64,000 nucleotides of DNA, taken from positions 1,068,758 to 1,132,757 of the forward strand of contig NZ_LT160640.1 in assembly GCF_900048895.1 (NCBI RefSeq), given 5' to 3'. This document shows positions 53,146 through 62,709 of the stretch, in pieces. The DNA is from Neglectibacter timonensis (lineage in GTDB: Bacteria; Bacillota; Clostridia; Oscillospirales; Acutalibacteraceae). Under the pieces are notes generated by a model that was given only the letters and a program-made list of their open reading frames with translations, was not told where the DNA came from and ran no database searches. Within the stretch, counting starts at the first letter, position 1. The number at the start of each line of letters is the position of its first letter. Position numbers and translations under genes: made by a program.

Positions 53146-53242
53146 GGGATTTTCCACCCCTTCTTCACCACTTCGTGGAACTTTCACCCACTTTTCACCA
53201 CCCAATGGCATAATTATAGAACAACTGGGGTTCAAAAGCAAC
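53146..53242 (-). promoter_or_regulatory. mraZ promoter (TTGCTT-17-TATAAT) followed by a series of GTGG(G/T)G direct repeats, a candidate MraZ operator
   Basis: The minus strand reads ttgcttttgaaccccagttgttcTATAAT, then tGGGTGGTGAAAAGTGGGTGAAAGTTCCACGAAGTGGTGAAGAAGGGGTGGAAAA, where GTGG repeats recur at roughly 10-nt intervals. Confidence 0.55.
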
Positions 53243-53304
53243 TGGAAAAATCCTGGAAACCCGCGCCAACACTGGATTCGAAGGTACGTTCGACGGTATT
53301 TTGA

Positions 53305-53352
53305 GGGAACAAAAATTCCCCTCACTACATCTTGTGAGGGGAATTTTTGTTC
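53305..53352. terminator. Perfect 18-19-bp inverted-repeat hairpin (terminator) between the coiled-coil gene and the mraZ promoter
   Basis: The sequence gggaacaaaaattcccctcac-tacatctt-gtgaggggaatttttgttc is U-rich in the 3' arm on both strands. Confidence 0.65.
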
Positions 53353-53389
53353 TATTCGTCTTTCGTGCGCATTTCACAAAAGATTTTAT

Positions 53390-53868
53390 TTAGATTTGGC
53401 TGTTTCGCTGAGAAGACTTGATATTCTGCCGCGTCTTTCGAAGCTCCGCGAGGTTTTCCGACAAGGACTCGTCTGTTCTGCGCATCAGGTCGTCTACATA
53501 GTCGTTGCTCGCTTTGCGCATTTCCTTGAATTTTGCCTGAGCCTGGGCGATCAGGTCGTTGGCCTTAGCCTGGGCCTGGCGCACCACCTCGTCCTGGTTG
53601 ACCAATGCCTTCTGCTTTTCCTCCGCCACACGGATGATCGTCTCCGCCTCGCGCTGCGCCTCGCTGATAATCTGGGCGCGGTCGGCGACAATGGCTTTGG
53701 CCTTGCGCACCTCCGCCGGAATTTCTTCCTTGATTTCATCGAGAATCTGCCGGACCTCTTCGCCGTCCACAAATACCTTTCCGCCGGAAAGAGGCAGCTT
53801 CCAGCCCTTATCCAGAACATCATACATCTCGTCGATGAGATCCTCAATGGTCGCCTGGTTGTTGCTCA
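53390..53868 (-). CDS. Hypothetical coiled-coil protein with a DivIVA-like N-terminal segment
   Basis: The product MSNNQATIEDLIDEMYDVLDKGWKLPLSGGKVFVDGEEVRQILDEIKEEIP is followed by a long Ala/Gln/Glu-rich helix. The assignment rests on weak resemblance to the DivIVA FRGYDEDEV region. Confidence 0.5.
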
Positions 53869-53962
53869 TAGTCAATACCGTTCCTTTCTTCCGCTTTTCT
53901 GGAAATCCGCGGTTTTCCGGCATTCAGCCGTTATAATTGGAATTGCCGGGGTCTCCGGCAGA

Positions 53963-54466
53963 TTACGCTTCCGGCTTTTTCTCACCGCAAAGCCTTTCAA
54001 TAATCGTATCGGAAATACACTCCGGCACAAAATGGGAGATATCCCCGCCGAAACCTGCCACCTGCTTTACCATGCTGGAGCTTACAAACATATTCTCCGC
54101 ACTGGTGGCCAGAAACATGGTTTCCAGCTCCGGATTGAGCTTTTTATTGGTAAGGGCCTGCTGAAATTCATACTCGAAATCAGACATCGCCCGGAGGCCC
54201 TTCACAATTACCATCACATTCTTGCGTCTGGCATACTCTGCAAGCAGGCCGTCCACCTTGTCGATCTCCACATTGGGAAAGCCTTCCTTCCCGCAGACAA
54301 TGCGCAGCAAATCCATCCGTTCTTCCACGGAAAAGCTGGTTTTTTTCGCGGGGTTAACCGGCACGGCCACAATCAGCTTGTCAAACAGCTTGTGCGCCCG
54401 GTGGATGATATCCAGATGACCAAGCGTTACAGGATCAAAGCTGCCGGGGTAGACCGCAATTCTCAT
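53963..54466 (-). CDS. coaD: Phosphopantetheine adenylyltransferase CoaD
   Basis: The product MRIAVYPGSFDPVTLGHLDIIHRA has the H/TxGH motif. A GGAGGA RBS lies 8 nt upstream. The ORF-track start at 54607 is an extension. Confidence 0.92.
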   Translation of the reverse strand: MRIAVYPGSFDPVTLGHLDIIHRAHKLFDKLIVAVPVNPAKKTSFSVEERMDLLRIVCGKEGFPNVEIDKVDGLLAEYARRKNVMVIVKGLRAMSDFEYEFQQALTNKKLNPELETMFLATSAENMFVSSSMVKQVAGFGGDISHFVPECISDTIIERLCGEKKPEA

Positions 54467-54491
54467 AAACGATTCCTCCAAAACGGCGGTT

Positions 54492-55037
54492 TCACGCTTC
54501 CTCTTCCCTGCGGTACACAGTGAGCATGATTTTACCGTAGCGATAACTCTTTCCTCTTTGAAACTCTCCGGCCCTTTCCGGAAGCTCCTCTCCCAAAGGA
54601 TGCTCACAGAGTATCACGCCGCCGGGGTTCATTTGCCTGGCGGTCAGGGGCAGCGCCTTCTGCAAAATCCCCTTGCGGTAGGGAGGATCCAAAAAAGCGA
54701 TGTCAAAGGGCTTGGAATTTCCGGCGAGGAACACGGCATAGTCACCCGGCACAATCTGCGAACGGTCCTGAAAGCCCGTAGCCGCCACATTTTTTTCCAG
54801 CACTTTGACGGAATCCCGGGAGGCATCCACAAATACCGCTTCCCCTGCGCCCCGGCTCAACGCTTCCAAACCAATCTGCCCCGACCCCGCAAACAGATCG
54901 AGAAACCTGCGTCCCTCAATGCCGAACTGCAAAATATTAAACAGGGATTCCTTCACGCGGTCTGTCGTCGGCCGCACCTGTTCCCCTTCCAGCGCGGTAA
55001 GCTTTTTCCCCCGCTGGCTTCCGGTGATGATTCGCAT
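54492..55037 (-). CDS. rsmD: 16S rRNA (guanine966-N2)-methyltransferase RsmD
   Basis: The product MRIITGSQRGKKL...RPTTDRVKESLFNIL...FLDLFAGSGQIGLEALSRGA...FLDPPY has RsmD signatures. Confidence 0.88.
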   Translation of the reverse strand: MRIITGSQRGKKLTALEGEQVRPTTDRVKESLFNILQFGIEGRRFLDLFAGSGQIGLEALSRGAGEAVFVDASRDSVKVLEKNVAATGFQDRSQIVPGDYAVFLAGNSKPFDIAFLDPPYRKGILQKALPLTARQMNPGGVILCEHPLGEELPERAGEFQRGKSYRYGKIMLTVYRREEEA

Positions 55038-55104
55038 GGCTCGAGTCTCCAATATTTCTTGATTCGATTCGCTTTATTATCCCATCAATCGGCCGATCTG
55101 TCAA

Positions 55105-56991
55105 CTATTCGACTGAATTTATTGAGTTTTCCCGGGGTTCCGCCTCGGTTTTCCCATGAAAATATTCATAGACCCGCAAAGCCGACGGCCTGGTCATGCC
55201 TGGCGCGTCCTCTAACTCCTTCAAGTCCGCCTCGCTGACCGCCGCAACCGTCTTGAAATGCTTCAGCAGCGCTTTGGCGCGGGTGGCCCCGATCCCCTCG
55301 ATGGAGGTGAGCGTGGAGGAAACCGCGCTCTTCCTGCGCTGCTGCCGGTGATAGCCGATGGCGAACCGGTGAACCTCATCCTGGATAGAGGACACCAGAG
55401 TAAAGGCCCGCCGGTTGGAATTGATGGCGATCTCTCCGCCGCTCAGGGCGATAGCGCGGGTACGGTGCTTGTCATCCTTCACCATGCCGAACAGCGGCAC
55501 CTCCACGCCCATCTCCTCCAGAAGGGGCTTCACCGCAGCCACGTGGCCCTTGCCTCCGTCCAGGAGGATCAGGTCCGGCAGCCTGCCGAAGCCCTCCTCG
55601 TCGCCCTCCTCCTGATGGCTCTTGTACTCTTCAAACCGGCGGCGGATCACCTCCCGCATGGAGCCGTAATCGTCCTGGCCGGACACCGTCTTGATTTTAA
55701 ACTTCCGGTAGGCGGATTTCAGCGGCCTGCCGTTTTCAAACACCACCATACCGGCCACGTTCTCGCCGCCCTGAAGGTTGGAAATGTCGTAAGATTCAAT
55801 GTAGGCCGGCGTTTTTTCCAGGCCCAGCAGCCGCCTGAGCTCATCCAGGGCGGAGGCTTCCCGGCCGGAATTTCCCATGTGCTGGGACAGGCTTTCCGCC
55901 GCGTTGCTGCGGCACATCTGCACCAGCTGGTACTGATCCCCCCGCTGGGGGATCAGCAGCTTCACCGCCCTGCCCCGCTTTTCGGTAAGCCAGCGGGCAA
56001 TGAGCTCTTCATCCTCCACCTCGCCGTCCACCACCACCAGAGGGGGCACGCGGTCGCGGATGGCATAATACTGGCGCAGAAATTCGGAACGCGCCTCCGC
56101 GTCCGGCTGGCAGCCCTCAGTGAGAAAGCTCTCTCTGTCGCTGAGTTTGCTGCCGGTGAAACGGAACACTTCAAAAGCGGTATGGGTTTCCCCTTGGGCC
56201 AAGGCGAAGACATCCTGCTCTTCCACCCGGCTCGCCACCACTTTCTGCCGTTCCTTCAGCTTGCCGATGGCATTGATCCTGTCCCGCAGGCGTGCCGCAA
56301 GCTCGAATTCCAGGTTCTCTGCAGCCTCGTTCATCTTTTCGGTCAGAACCTTTACCGAGGTGGAGCTGCCTCCCCGGATAAAATCCAGCGCTTCCTGGAA
56401 AGCTTCGTCGTACTCCGCTTCGCTGACCCTGCCCCGGCAGGGGGCTGCGCACTGTTTGATATAGTAATTGAGGCAGGGCCTCCCCTTCCCGAAATCCTGG
56501 GGGAACCTGCGGCTGCAGGAGGGCAGCTTGAAAATTTTCCTGGCGGAGTCCAGCGTCTGCTTGATGGACCAGGAGCTCATATAGGGTCCGATATATTTTG
56601 CGCCGTCCTCCTCCATTTTTTTCACTTCGGAAAAGCGGGGCCAAGGTCCGGAAGTGATGCGGATATAGCTGTAGCCCTTATCATCCTTCAAAAGAATATT
56701 GTATTTGGGCTGGTTCTGCTTGATGAGGCTGCTTTCCAGCACCAACGCCTCAAATTCGCTGTCCGTGACGATATACTCAAACCAGTCCACATTGGCAACC
56801 ATCCGGCGCACCTTATTATCATGGTTCTTTTCCGAGCCAAAATACTGGCTGACCCGGTTTTTCAGCGCCTTGGCTTTCCCGATATAAATGATTTCCCCGG
56901 ATTTGTCATGCATCAGGTAGACGCCCGGGCTCAAGGGTAGCTTCATGGCTTTTTGACGAAGTTCTTTCTTTTTCAGCTCCTGTTCTGTCAT
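55105..56991 (-). CDS. uvrC: Excinuclease ABC subunit C UvrC
   Basis: The protein has a GIY-YIG domain (LPLSPGVYLMHDKSGEIIYIGKAKALKNRVSQYF), a UvrBC-interaction region, and RNase-H-like and C-terminal (HhH)2 domains. It is 628 aa long. Confidence 0.93.
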   Translation of the reverse strand: MTEQELKKKELRQKAMKLPLSPGVYLMHDKSGEIIYIGKAKALKNRVSQYFGSEKNHDNKVRRMVANVDWFEYIVTDSEFEALVLESSLIKQNQPKYNILLKDDKGYSYIRITSGPWPRFSEVKKMEEDGAKYIGPYMSSWSIKQTLDSARKIFKLPSCSRRFPQDFGKGRPCLNYYIKQCAAPCRGRVSEAEYDEAFQEALDFIRGGSSTSVKVLTEKMNEAAENLEFELAARLRDRINAIGKLKERQKVVASRVEEQDVFALAQGETHTAFEVFRFTGSKLSDRESFLTEGCQPDAEARSEFLRQYYAIRDRVPPLVVVDGEVEDEELIARWLTEKRGRAVKLLIPQRGDQYQLVQMCRSNAAESLSQHMGNSGREASALDELRRLLGLEKTPAYIESYDISNLQGGENVAGMVVFENGRPLKSAYRKFKIKTVSGQDDYGSMREVIRRRFEEYKSHQEEGDEEGFGRLPDLILLDGGKGHVAAVKPLLEEMGVEVPLFGMVKDDKHRTRAIALSGGEIAINSNRRAFTLVSSIQDEVHRFAIGYHRQQRRKSAVSSTLTSIEGIGATRAKALLKHFKTVAAVSEADLKELEDAPGMTRPSALRVYEYFHGKTEAEPRENSINSVE

Positions 56992-57095
56992 TGTTTCTCA
57001 CCTCTTTTGGAACAGACAGACAGCAAATCTTGCCTTCTGCTGCAAAAAAAGCACCGCGTAACGCGGTGCTTACCATGCCTGTCTTTCCTGTTAAC

Positions 57096-57365
57096 TTACT
57101 CTGCAAAGCCGGAATTGACCAACGCCACCAGACTGTCTACAGCCTGTTCCTCGTCGGCTCCGTCTGCGATGATGCGAATCGTCACGCCGCCAACGATACC
57201 GAGAGACAAAACGCCCAGCAAGCTTTTCGCGTTTACCCTTCTCTCCTCTTTCTCGACCCAGATGGAAGACTTGAACTCGTTAGCCTTCTGGATAAAAAAC
57301 GTCGCGGGACGTGCATGGAGACCAACCTGATTCTGGACCAATACTTCCTTAGCGCACATGAACAT
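57096..57365 (-). CDS. ptsH: Phosphocarrier protein HPr
   Basis: The product has ...VQNQVGLHARPATFFIQKANEF (His15 region) and ...NAKSLLGVLSLGI (Ser46 region). A TTGACG-16-TATAAT promoter lies in the 325-bp AT-rich upstream gap. Confidence 0.88.
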   Translation of the reverse strand: MFMCAKEVLVQNQVGLHARPATFFIQKANEFKSSIWVEKEERRVNAKSLLGVLSLGIVGGVTIRIIADGADEEQAVDSLVALVNSGFAE

Positions 57366-57690
57366 TCACTCTCCTACAAATTTATAAAAGGACTGATTTC
57401 AAACTAAAAATTACGTCAAACAAATGAAAAGCATTTGGAATTTAAGGTAATTATATCATATTTCTGGGCCGCGTCAACCGCATAATCCTAATTTTGGATT
57501 ACTGAACAGACGCCGAATTTTTTCAGCAGGCGCGTTTGTGCACTTTGCTTGGCATGTTGAAAACTTTTTGCCAAAATTGCCGTTTGATTCGCAAGTGCTC
57601 CCCCATATCATGTATAAATTGCGCGCATGGTAAGCATTGGCAGTCTTTCAAAAAATATTCACCGCCCTCATCCTTCCGCAATTTTCCAGT

Positions 57691-58410
57691 TCATTCCTGC
57701 AGCAGTTTCCTGTCCTCCGCGTTCAGAGGAAAGGCTGACAGCAGGTCCGGCCTGTTCTTCCCCGTCACCCGGAGGGATTCCCTCCGGCGCCATTTCCGGA
57801 TATTCTCATGGTGCCCGCTGAGCAGCACCTGGGGCACGGCCCTGCCCCGCCATACTTCGGGCCTGGTGTACTGGGGGTACTCCAGCAGCCCTGAAAAATG
57901 GCTTTCCTCCGTAAAGCATGCCTCTTCCGACAGCACGCCGGGCAGCATACGGCTTACGGCGTCCGCCAGAATCATGGCGGGCAGCTCGCCCCCTGTCAGC
58001 ACATAATCCCCGATGGAGACCTCCTCCGCCCCGTATTCCTGCAGCAGCCTCTCATCGATCCCCTCATAGTGACCGCAGAGGATCACCAGCCCCTCCTTCC
58101 GGGAAAGCTCCCTTGCGTGCTCCTGAGTGAGCACTTTCCCCCGGGGAGACATAGTAATTATATGCGGCCTTTTTCCCAAATGTTCTGAAAGTTCGTCAAT
58201 ACACCTGGCAAAAGGCTCCGCCGCCAGCAGCATGCCCTTGCCCCCGCCGAACACCGTATCGTCCACCCGGCGCCGGGGATCGCTGGAAAAATCCCGGAGC
58301 TGGTGGCAGCAGATCTGCAGGTACCCTTTCTTCCGCGCCTTTCCCACGATGCTTTCCTCCAGCACAGGTCCGAACATCTCCGGGAACAGCGTCACAATGT
58401 CAATACGCAT
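57691..58410 (-). CDS. trmD: tRNA (guanine37-N1)-methyltransferase TrmD
   Basis: The product MRIDIVTLFPEMF...ILCGHYEGIDERL has the SPOUT knot signatures. Confidence 0.93.
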   Translation of the reverse strand: MRIDIVTLFPEMFGPVLEESIVGKARKKGYLQICCHQLRDFSSDPRRRVDDTVFGGGKGMLLAAEPFARCIDELSEHLGKRPHIITMSPRGKVLTQEHARELSRKEGLVILCGHYEGIDERLLQEYGAEEVSIGDYVLTGGELPAMILADAVSRMLPGVLSEEACFTEESHFSGLLEYPQYTRPEVWRGRAVPQVLLSGHHENIRKWRRRESLRVTGKNRPDLLSAFPLNAEDRKLLQE

Positions 58411-58946
58411 TATGCATTTTCCCCCTCATTGTCGAAAATGCCGGGAATGGGCAGAAGCTCGATGACGCCCCGCTCCGTATCTATCTTCTGAATCATATGG
58501 GCCACCGCCGGGAACAGGTATTCCTTCCCTCCTGCCCCGCGGATCAGATAGACGTCGTTGGCCCCGGTGGGAAGCACCTCTTCCAGCGTGCCGTACTCCG
58601 TGCCGGTGCTGCCGTCCACTGCCCTCAGGCCGATCAGGTCCTGCTGGAACACCGTTCCCTCCGGCAGCTGCACCTCCTCCCGGTCCAGCCACAGCACCTT
58701 GCCCCGCAGGGCGTCCGCCTGCTCCACCGTATCCACGCCTTTGAGCTTCAGCAGCACCTGGTTTTTGTGTACCCGGGATGACTCCAGGGACACCGGGACC
58801 TTTCCCTCGTCAAAGTAGAGATGCTTCAGCCGCTTCACAAACTCCGGGGAATCGCTCCAGGGATCCACCCGCACTTCGCCGCGCACCCCGTGGGTTCCCA
58901 CAATTTTTCCGGTTTCCAGAAACCTTTTTACCGCCATAGCCGTCAT
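58410..58946 (-). CDS. rimM: Ribosome maturation factor RimM
   Basis: The product has ...GKIVGTHGVRGEVRV (RimM N-terminus) and a PRC barrel. Its stop overlaps the trmD start by 1 nt. Confidence 0.9.
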   Translation of the reverse strand: MTAMAVKRFLETGKIVGTHGVRGEVRVDPWSDSPEFVKRLKHLYFDEGKVPVSLESSRVHKNQVLLKLKGVDTVEQADALRGKVLWLDREEVQLPEGTVFQQDLIGLRAVDGSTGTEYGTLEEVLPTGANDVYLIRGAGGKEYLFPAVAHMIQKIDTERGVIELLPIPGIFDNEGENA

Positions 58947-59001
58947 TTCCTCCCTTTTTTCCAGCCGCAGGCAAACAAAAAAGGGCTTGCGCCCTCTTTG
59001 T

Positions 59002-59232
59002 TCAGTCTATTTCAACCATGACCTTCTGGTCGTTGCGGGTAGCGGCCGCACGCATTACAACCCGAATCGCCTTTGCAATCCGGCCCTGCTTGCCGATGAC
59101 CCTTCCCATATCGTCTTCCGCCACATGAAGATGGTAAACAGTGGTGCCGTTCTCCTCTTCACTGGTGACAACCACCTCTTCAGGCTTTTCCACAAGACCT
59201 GAGGCAATTGCTTTCAGTAGCTCCTGCATTTG
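59002..59232 (-). CDS. KH-domain RNA-binding protein (YlqC/UPF0109 family)
   Basis: The product MQELLKAIASGLVEKPEEVVVTSEEENGTTVYHLHVAEDDMGRVIGKQGRIAKAIRVV has the conserved GKQG KH motif. It sits at the canonical position between rpsP and rimM. Confidence 0.8.
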   Translation of the reverse strand, partial: QMQELLKAIASGLVEKPEEVVVTSEEENGTTVYHLHVAEDDMGRVIGKQGRIAKAIRVVMRAAATRNDQKVMVEID

Positions 59233-59284
59233 CTTTCTCCTTTCAAAACCCACTGCGCACAGGGCGCCGTCAAAGAGGCCGGTC

Positions 59285-59527
59285 TCAGATCACGCCGTGC
59301 TTTTTGAAAAGCGCCTTCACCGTGTCGGTGGGCTGTGCGCCGTTAGCCATCCACTTCTTGGCCTTTTCCGGGTCAACCTTCACCACGCTGGGCTCTTCCA
59401 TAGGATTGTAGTAGCCGATTTCCTCGATGAAACGGCCGTCGCGGGGGAAGCGGGAATCCGCAACTACAATGCGGTAGAAGGGAGATTTCTTAGCGCCCAT
59501 TCTTCTCAGTCTGATTTTTACTGCCAT
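59285..59527 (-). CDS. rpsP: 30S ribosomal protein S16
   Basis: The product is [42 protein letters not shown]. Confidence 0.93.
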   Translation of the reverse strand: MAVKIRLRRMGAKKSPFYRIVVADSRFPRDGRFIEEIGYYNPMEEPSVVKVDPEKAKKWMANGAQPTDTVKALFKKHGVI

Positions 59528-59611
59528 GTCTTTGTCCTCCAATTTTCAAATCAAATAAATTTTATTATGATATAGTACAGTCCCGGCTGGGCCGGGCTTA
59601 TATCCCTGGTT

Positions 59612-60937
59612 TTAGAAAGGCAGGTTCATAGGCATGCGCCGCCGCTTCCCCTTGCCGCCGAACTGCTTCATCAGCTTCTGTGTCTGCTTGAACTGATTGA
59701 GCAGGCGGTTTACGTCCTCCACCTTCATGCCGCAGCCCGCGGCAATCCGCCGCTTGCGGGAAGCGTCCAGCACGTCCGGATGGGAACGCTCATACTTGGT
59801 CATCGAAAGGATGATGGCCGCATTGCGATCCAGAACCCTGTCGTCGATCTCCATGTCATCCACCTTGTTGCCGATTCCCGGCAGCTTCGAGAGAATGCCC
59901 TTGATGGGTCCCATCTTCCGCACCTGGTTAAACTGCTCCAGCATGTCGTTGAGGTCCAGCTTGTTGTTCATCAGCCGTTCCGCCGTTTTCGCCGCGGCTT
60001 TCTCGTCCAGCTTCAGCTGGGCGTCCTCAATGAGGGAAAGCACGTCTCCCATGCCCAAAATCCGGCTGGCCATGCGGTCCGGATGAAACACTTCCAGGTC
60101 GGAGAGTTTTTCCCCTGTACCGGCAAACTTGATGGGCTTTCCCGTCACAGCCTTGACGGAAAGCGCGGCGCCGCCCCGGGTGTCGCCGTCCAGCTTGGTG
60201 AGGATGACGCCGGTGATATCCAGCAGCTCGTCAAAGGTCTTCGCCACATTGACAGCCTCCTGGCCGGTCATGGCGTCCACCACAAGCAGGATGTCCGTGG
60301 GCTCCACCTCGGCCTTGATCCTGCGCAGCTCCTCCATGAGGGGTTCGTCGATCTGCAGGCGGCCTGCCGTATCGATAATCACATAGTCGTTGCCATAGTC
60401 CCTGGCGTGTTTGACCGCCTCCCGTGCGGTGATCACGGGATCCTGGGTTCCCTTTTCAAAGACCGGCGCCCCGGCCTTTTCCGCCACCACCTGCAGCTGT
60501 TTGATGGCCGCAGGGCGGTAGATATCCCCCGCCACCAGCAGCGGCCTGTGCCCCTGGCTCTTCAGCTGGTAGGCAAGTTTTGCCGCGTGGGTGGTTTTAC
60601 CCGCGCCCTGCAGGCCGCACATCATGATGACGGCCGGCGGATGGGCGGGCATCTTCAGGCGCTCCTCGCTGCCGCCCATGAGCCCGGTAAGCTCCTCGTT
60701 GACAATCTTCACTACCATCTGTCCCGGAGTCAGGCTTTCCATGACCTCCGAACCGACGGCCCGTTCCGTGACCTTATTGGTAAATTCCTTGGCCACCTTG
60801 TAGTTGACGTCCGCTTCCAGCAGGGCCAGACGGACCTCGCGCATGGCCTCCTTGACGTCGGCATCGCTGAGCTTTCCCTTGCTCTTCAGTTTTTTAAATG
60901 AATTGCTGAGCTTTTCCGCCAAGCCTTCAAACGCCAT
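59612..60937 (-). CDS. ffh: Signal recognition particle protein Ffh
   Basis: The protein has an N domain, a G domain (GLQGAGKTT, DTAGR, TKLD) and an M domain (methionine-rich C-terminus). It is 441 aa long. Confidence 0.95.
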   Translation of the reverse strand: MAFEGLAEKLSNSFKKLKSKGKLSDADVKEAMREVRLALLEADVNYKVAKEFTNKVTERAVGSEVMESLTPGQMVVKIVNEELTGLMGGSEERLKMPAHPPAVIMMCGLQGAGKTTHAAKLAYQLKSQGHRPLLVAGDIYRPAAIKQLQVVAEKAGAPVFEKGTQDPVITAREAVKHARDYGNDYVIIDTAGRLQIDEPLMEELRRIKAEVEPTDILLVVDAMTGQEAVNVAKTFDELLDITGVILTKLDGDTRGGAALSVKAVTGKPIKFAGTGEKLSDLEVFHPDRMASRILGMGDVLSLIEDAQLKLDEKAAAKTAERLMNNKLDLNDMLEQFNQVRKMGPIKGILSKLPGIGNKVDDMEIDDRVLDRNAAIILSMTKYERSHPDVLDASRKRRIAAGCGMKVEDVNRLLNQFKQTQKLMKQFGGKGKRRRMPMNLPF

Positions 60938-61013
60938 TGTGCCGCCTCCCCCAAATCTGACCTGCCGCAGGAAAAGGCATACGGCCTTTCCCTTACGGCG
61001 CTTCTGAACCTTC

Positions 61014-61382
61014 TTACTCGTCTATCGCAATCTCTTTTGCGCGTTCCAGGATCCTCGCCACATTTTCCCGGATTTCCGGATCGTCGTCCCGGGCGCTGTT
61101 TCTCTCCTGGATACTCACCGCACAGTCGCAGATCACGGTGAGCGCATCCTGCACTTCCTTGAAGCGCTTTGCCAGGCCCAAACGGTCCTCCATCTCCATC
61201 AGCTGCTGCTCGGCCCGCTTAATCGCGTCCCGCACGCCCTGCCGGGTGATGTCCCGGTCCTCGGCAATTTCCGCCAGGGAGAGGTCCTCGTTGTAATAGG
61301 CCTCCACCACCTCGCGCTGCTTTTCGGTAAGCATGTCGCCGTAAAAATCCAACAAAAAGGTAATTTTTAAATCCTTTGCCAT
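61014..61382 (-). CDS. ylxM: YlxM/UPF0122 putative DNA-binding protein upstream of ffh
   Basis: The product MAKDLKITFLLDFYGDMLTEKQREVVEAYYNEDLSLAEIAE (sigma-70 region-4-like HTH) sits at the conserved position before ffh. Confidence 0.8.
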   Translation of the reverse strand: MAKDLKITFLLDFYGDMLTEKQREVVEAYYNEDLSLAEIAEDRDITRQGVRDAIKRAEQQLMEMEDRLGLAKRFKEVQDALTVICDCAVSIQERNSARDDDPEIRENVARILERAKEIAIDE

Positions 61383-61656
61383 ACCCGTTCCCTCCGGAAA
61401 CACGGTCTGCCCCATTTTTCGCAAGTGTGTAAAGTTATTTTCTTTACAGCATTACGAATTATACACTACCGAACCGCCTTTGTCAACACGGAACCGGCGA
61501 AAAAATGCAGATGCACCTTAGAATGTGGTACATTCGACCCCTGGCCCAAAATATCGGCGGGAAATTCCCTGTTTTCCCTGAATTTACTTTCCCTCCGGAC
61601 TGTGATAAAATGGCTTCGTGCCCTGCAATTTGATCCATAGAAAGGAACCTGTGCGA

Positions 61657-62709
61657 ATGATCTACTTTAACTGCGATTACACCGAGGGAGCACATCCCCG
61701 GATTCTGGAACAGCTCTGCGCCACCAATCTGACACAGTCCGTGGGCTATGGGGAGGACGAGTTCTGCGGCAAGGCCCGGGAACTCATCCGGGAGGCCTGC
61801 CGGACGCCGGAGGCCGGCGTCCACTTCCTGGTGGGCGGCACGCAGGCCAATTTCACCGTGATCCGCACAGCGCTGCGCCCTCATCAGGGCGTAATTTCCC
61901 CGGAGACCGGCCACATCAACGTCCATGAGACCGGAGCGGTGGAAGCCACGGGACACAAGGTGCTGGCCCTGCCCTGCGGGCGGACCGGCAAAATTTCCGC
62001 TTCCCAGGTGGAAAGCCTCTGCCAGGAGCATTTCCGGGGCGGCATGCCGCCGGAGCACACCGTGCAGCCGAAGCTGGTTTACATCTCCCACCCCACGGAA
62101 AACGGAGCCCTTTATACCCTTGCAGAATTGGAAGCCCTGTACCGCGTCTGCCGGGAATACGGCCTCTACCTCTTTGCTGACGGTGCGCGCATGGCTTACG
62201 GGCTTTCTTCCAGAGACACAGACGTGTCCCTTCCGGACCTGGCGCGCCTCTGCGACGCCTTCACCATCGGCGGCACCAAATGCGGCGCGCTCTTCGGGGA
62301 GGCGGTGGTCCTTCCAAACCCGGAGTTAAACGCGGATTTCCGCTACGCCATCAAGCAGAACGGCGGCATGCTGGCGAAGGGCAGGCTTTTGGGGCTGCAG
62401 TTCCTGGCCCTGTTCACCGGCGGCCTCTATACGGAAATCTGCGGAAAAGCTGACGAACAGGCCTACCGCATTGCCGACGCCTGCCGGGAGGCGGGACTTC
62501 CGGAATATGTCCCCTCCCCCACCAACCAGCAATTCTTTGTTTTTCCCGATGAGCTTCTCCGGCAGCTGGAGGAAACCTATGTGTTTTCCTTCTGGGAAAA
62601 AGTGGATGAAACCCACACCGCCGTGCGTATCTGCACCAGTTGGGCCACCAAAGAAGAAAACGTGGACGCTTTGATCGCGGATCTCCGGAAGCTGGTGGGA
62701 AAACCATGA
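61657..62709 (+). CDS. Low-specificity L-threonine aldolase / beta-eliminating lyase family PLP enzyme
   Basis: The product MIYFNCDYTEGAHPRILEQL...FLVGGTQANFTVI...TIGGTKCGALFGEAVV carries LtaE-type motifs, including the PLP lysine. An AGAAAGGAAC RBS is present. Confidence 0.85.
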   Translation: MIYFNCDYTEGAHPRILEQLCATNLTQSVGYGEDEFCGKARELIREACRTPEAGVHFLVGGTQANFTVIRTALRPHQGVISPETGHINVHETGAVEATGHKVLALPCGRTGKISASQVESLCQEHFRGGMPPEHTVQPKLVYISHPTENGALYTLAELEALYRVCREYGLYLFADGARMAYGLSSRDTDVSLPDLARLCDAFTIGGTKCGALFGEAVVLPNPELNADFRYAIKQNGGMLAKGRLLGLQFLALFTGGLYTEICGKADEQAYRIADACREAGLPEYVPSPTNQQFFVFPDELLRQLEETYVFSFWEKVDETHTAVRICTSWATKEENVDALIADLRKLVGKP

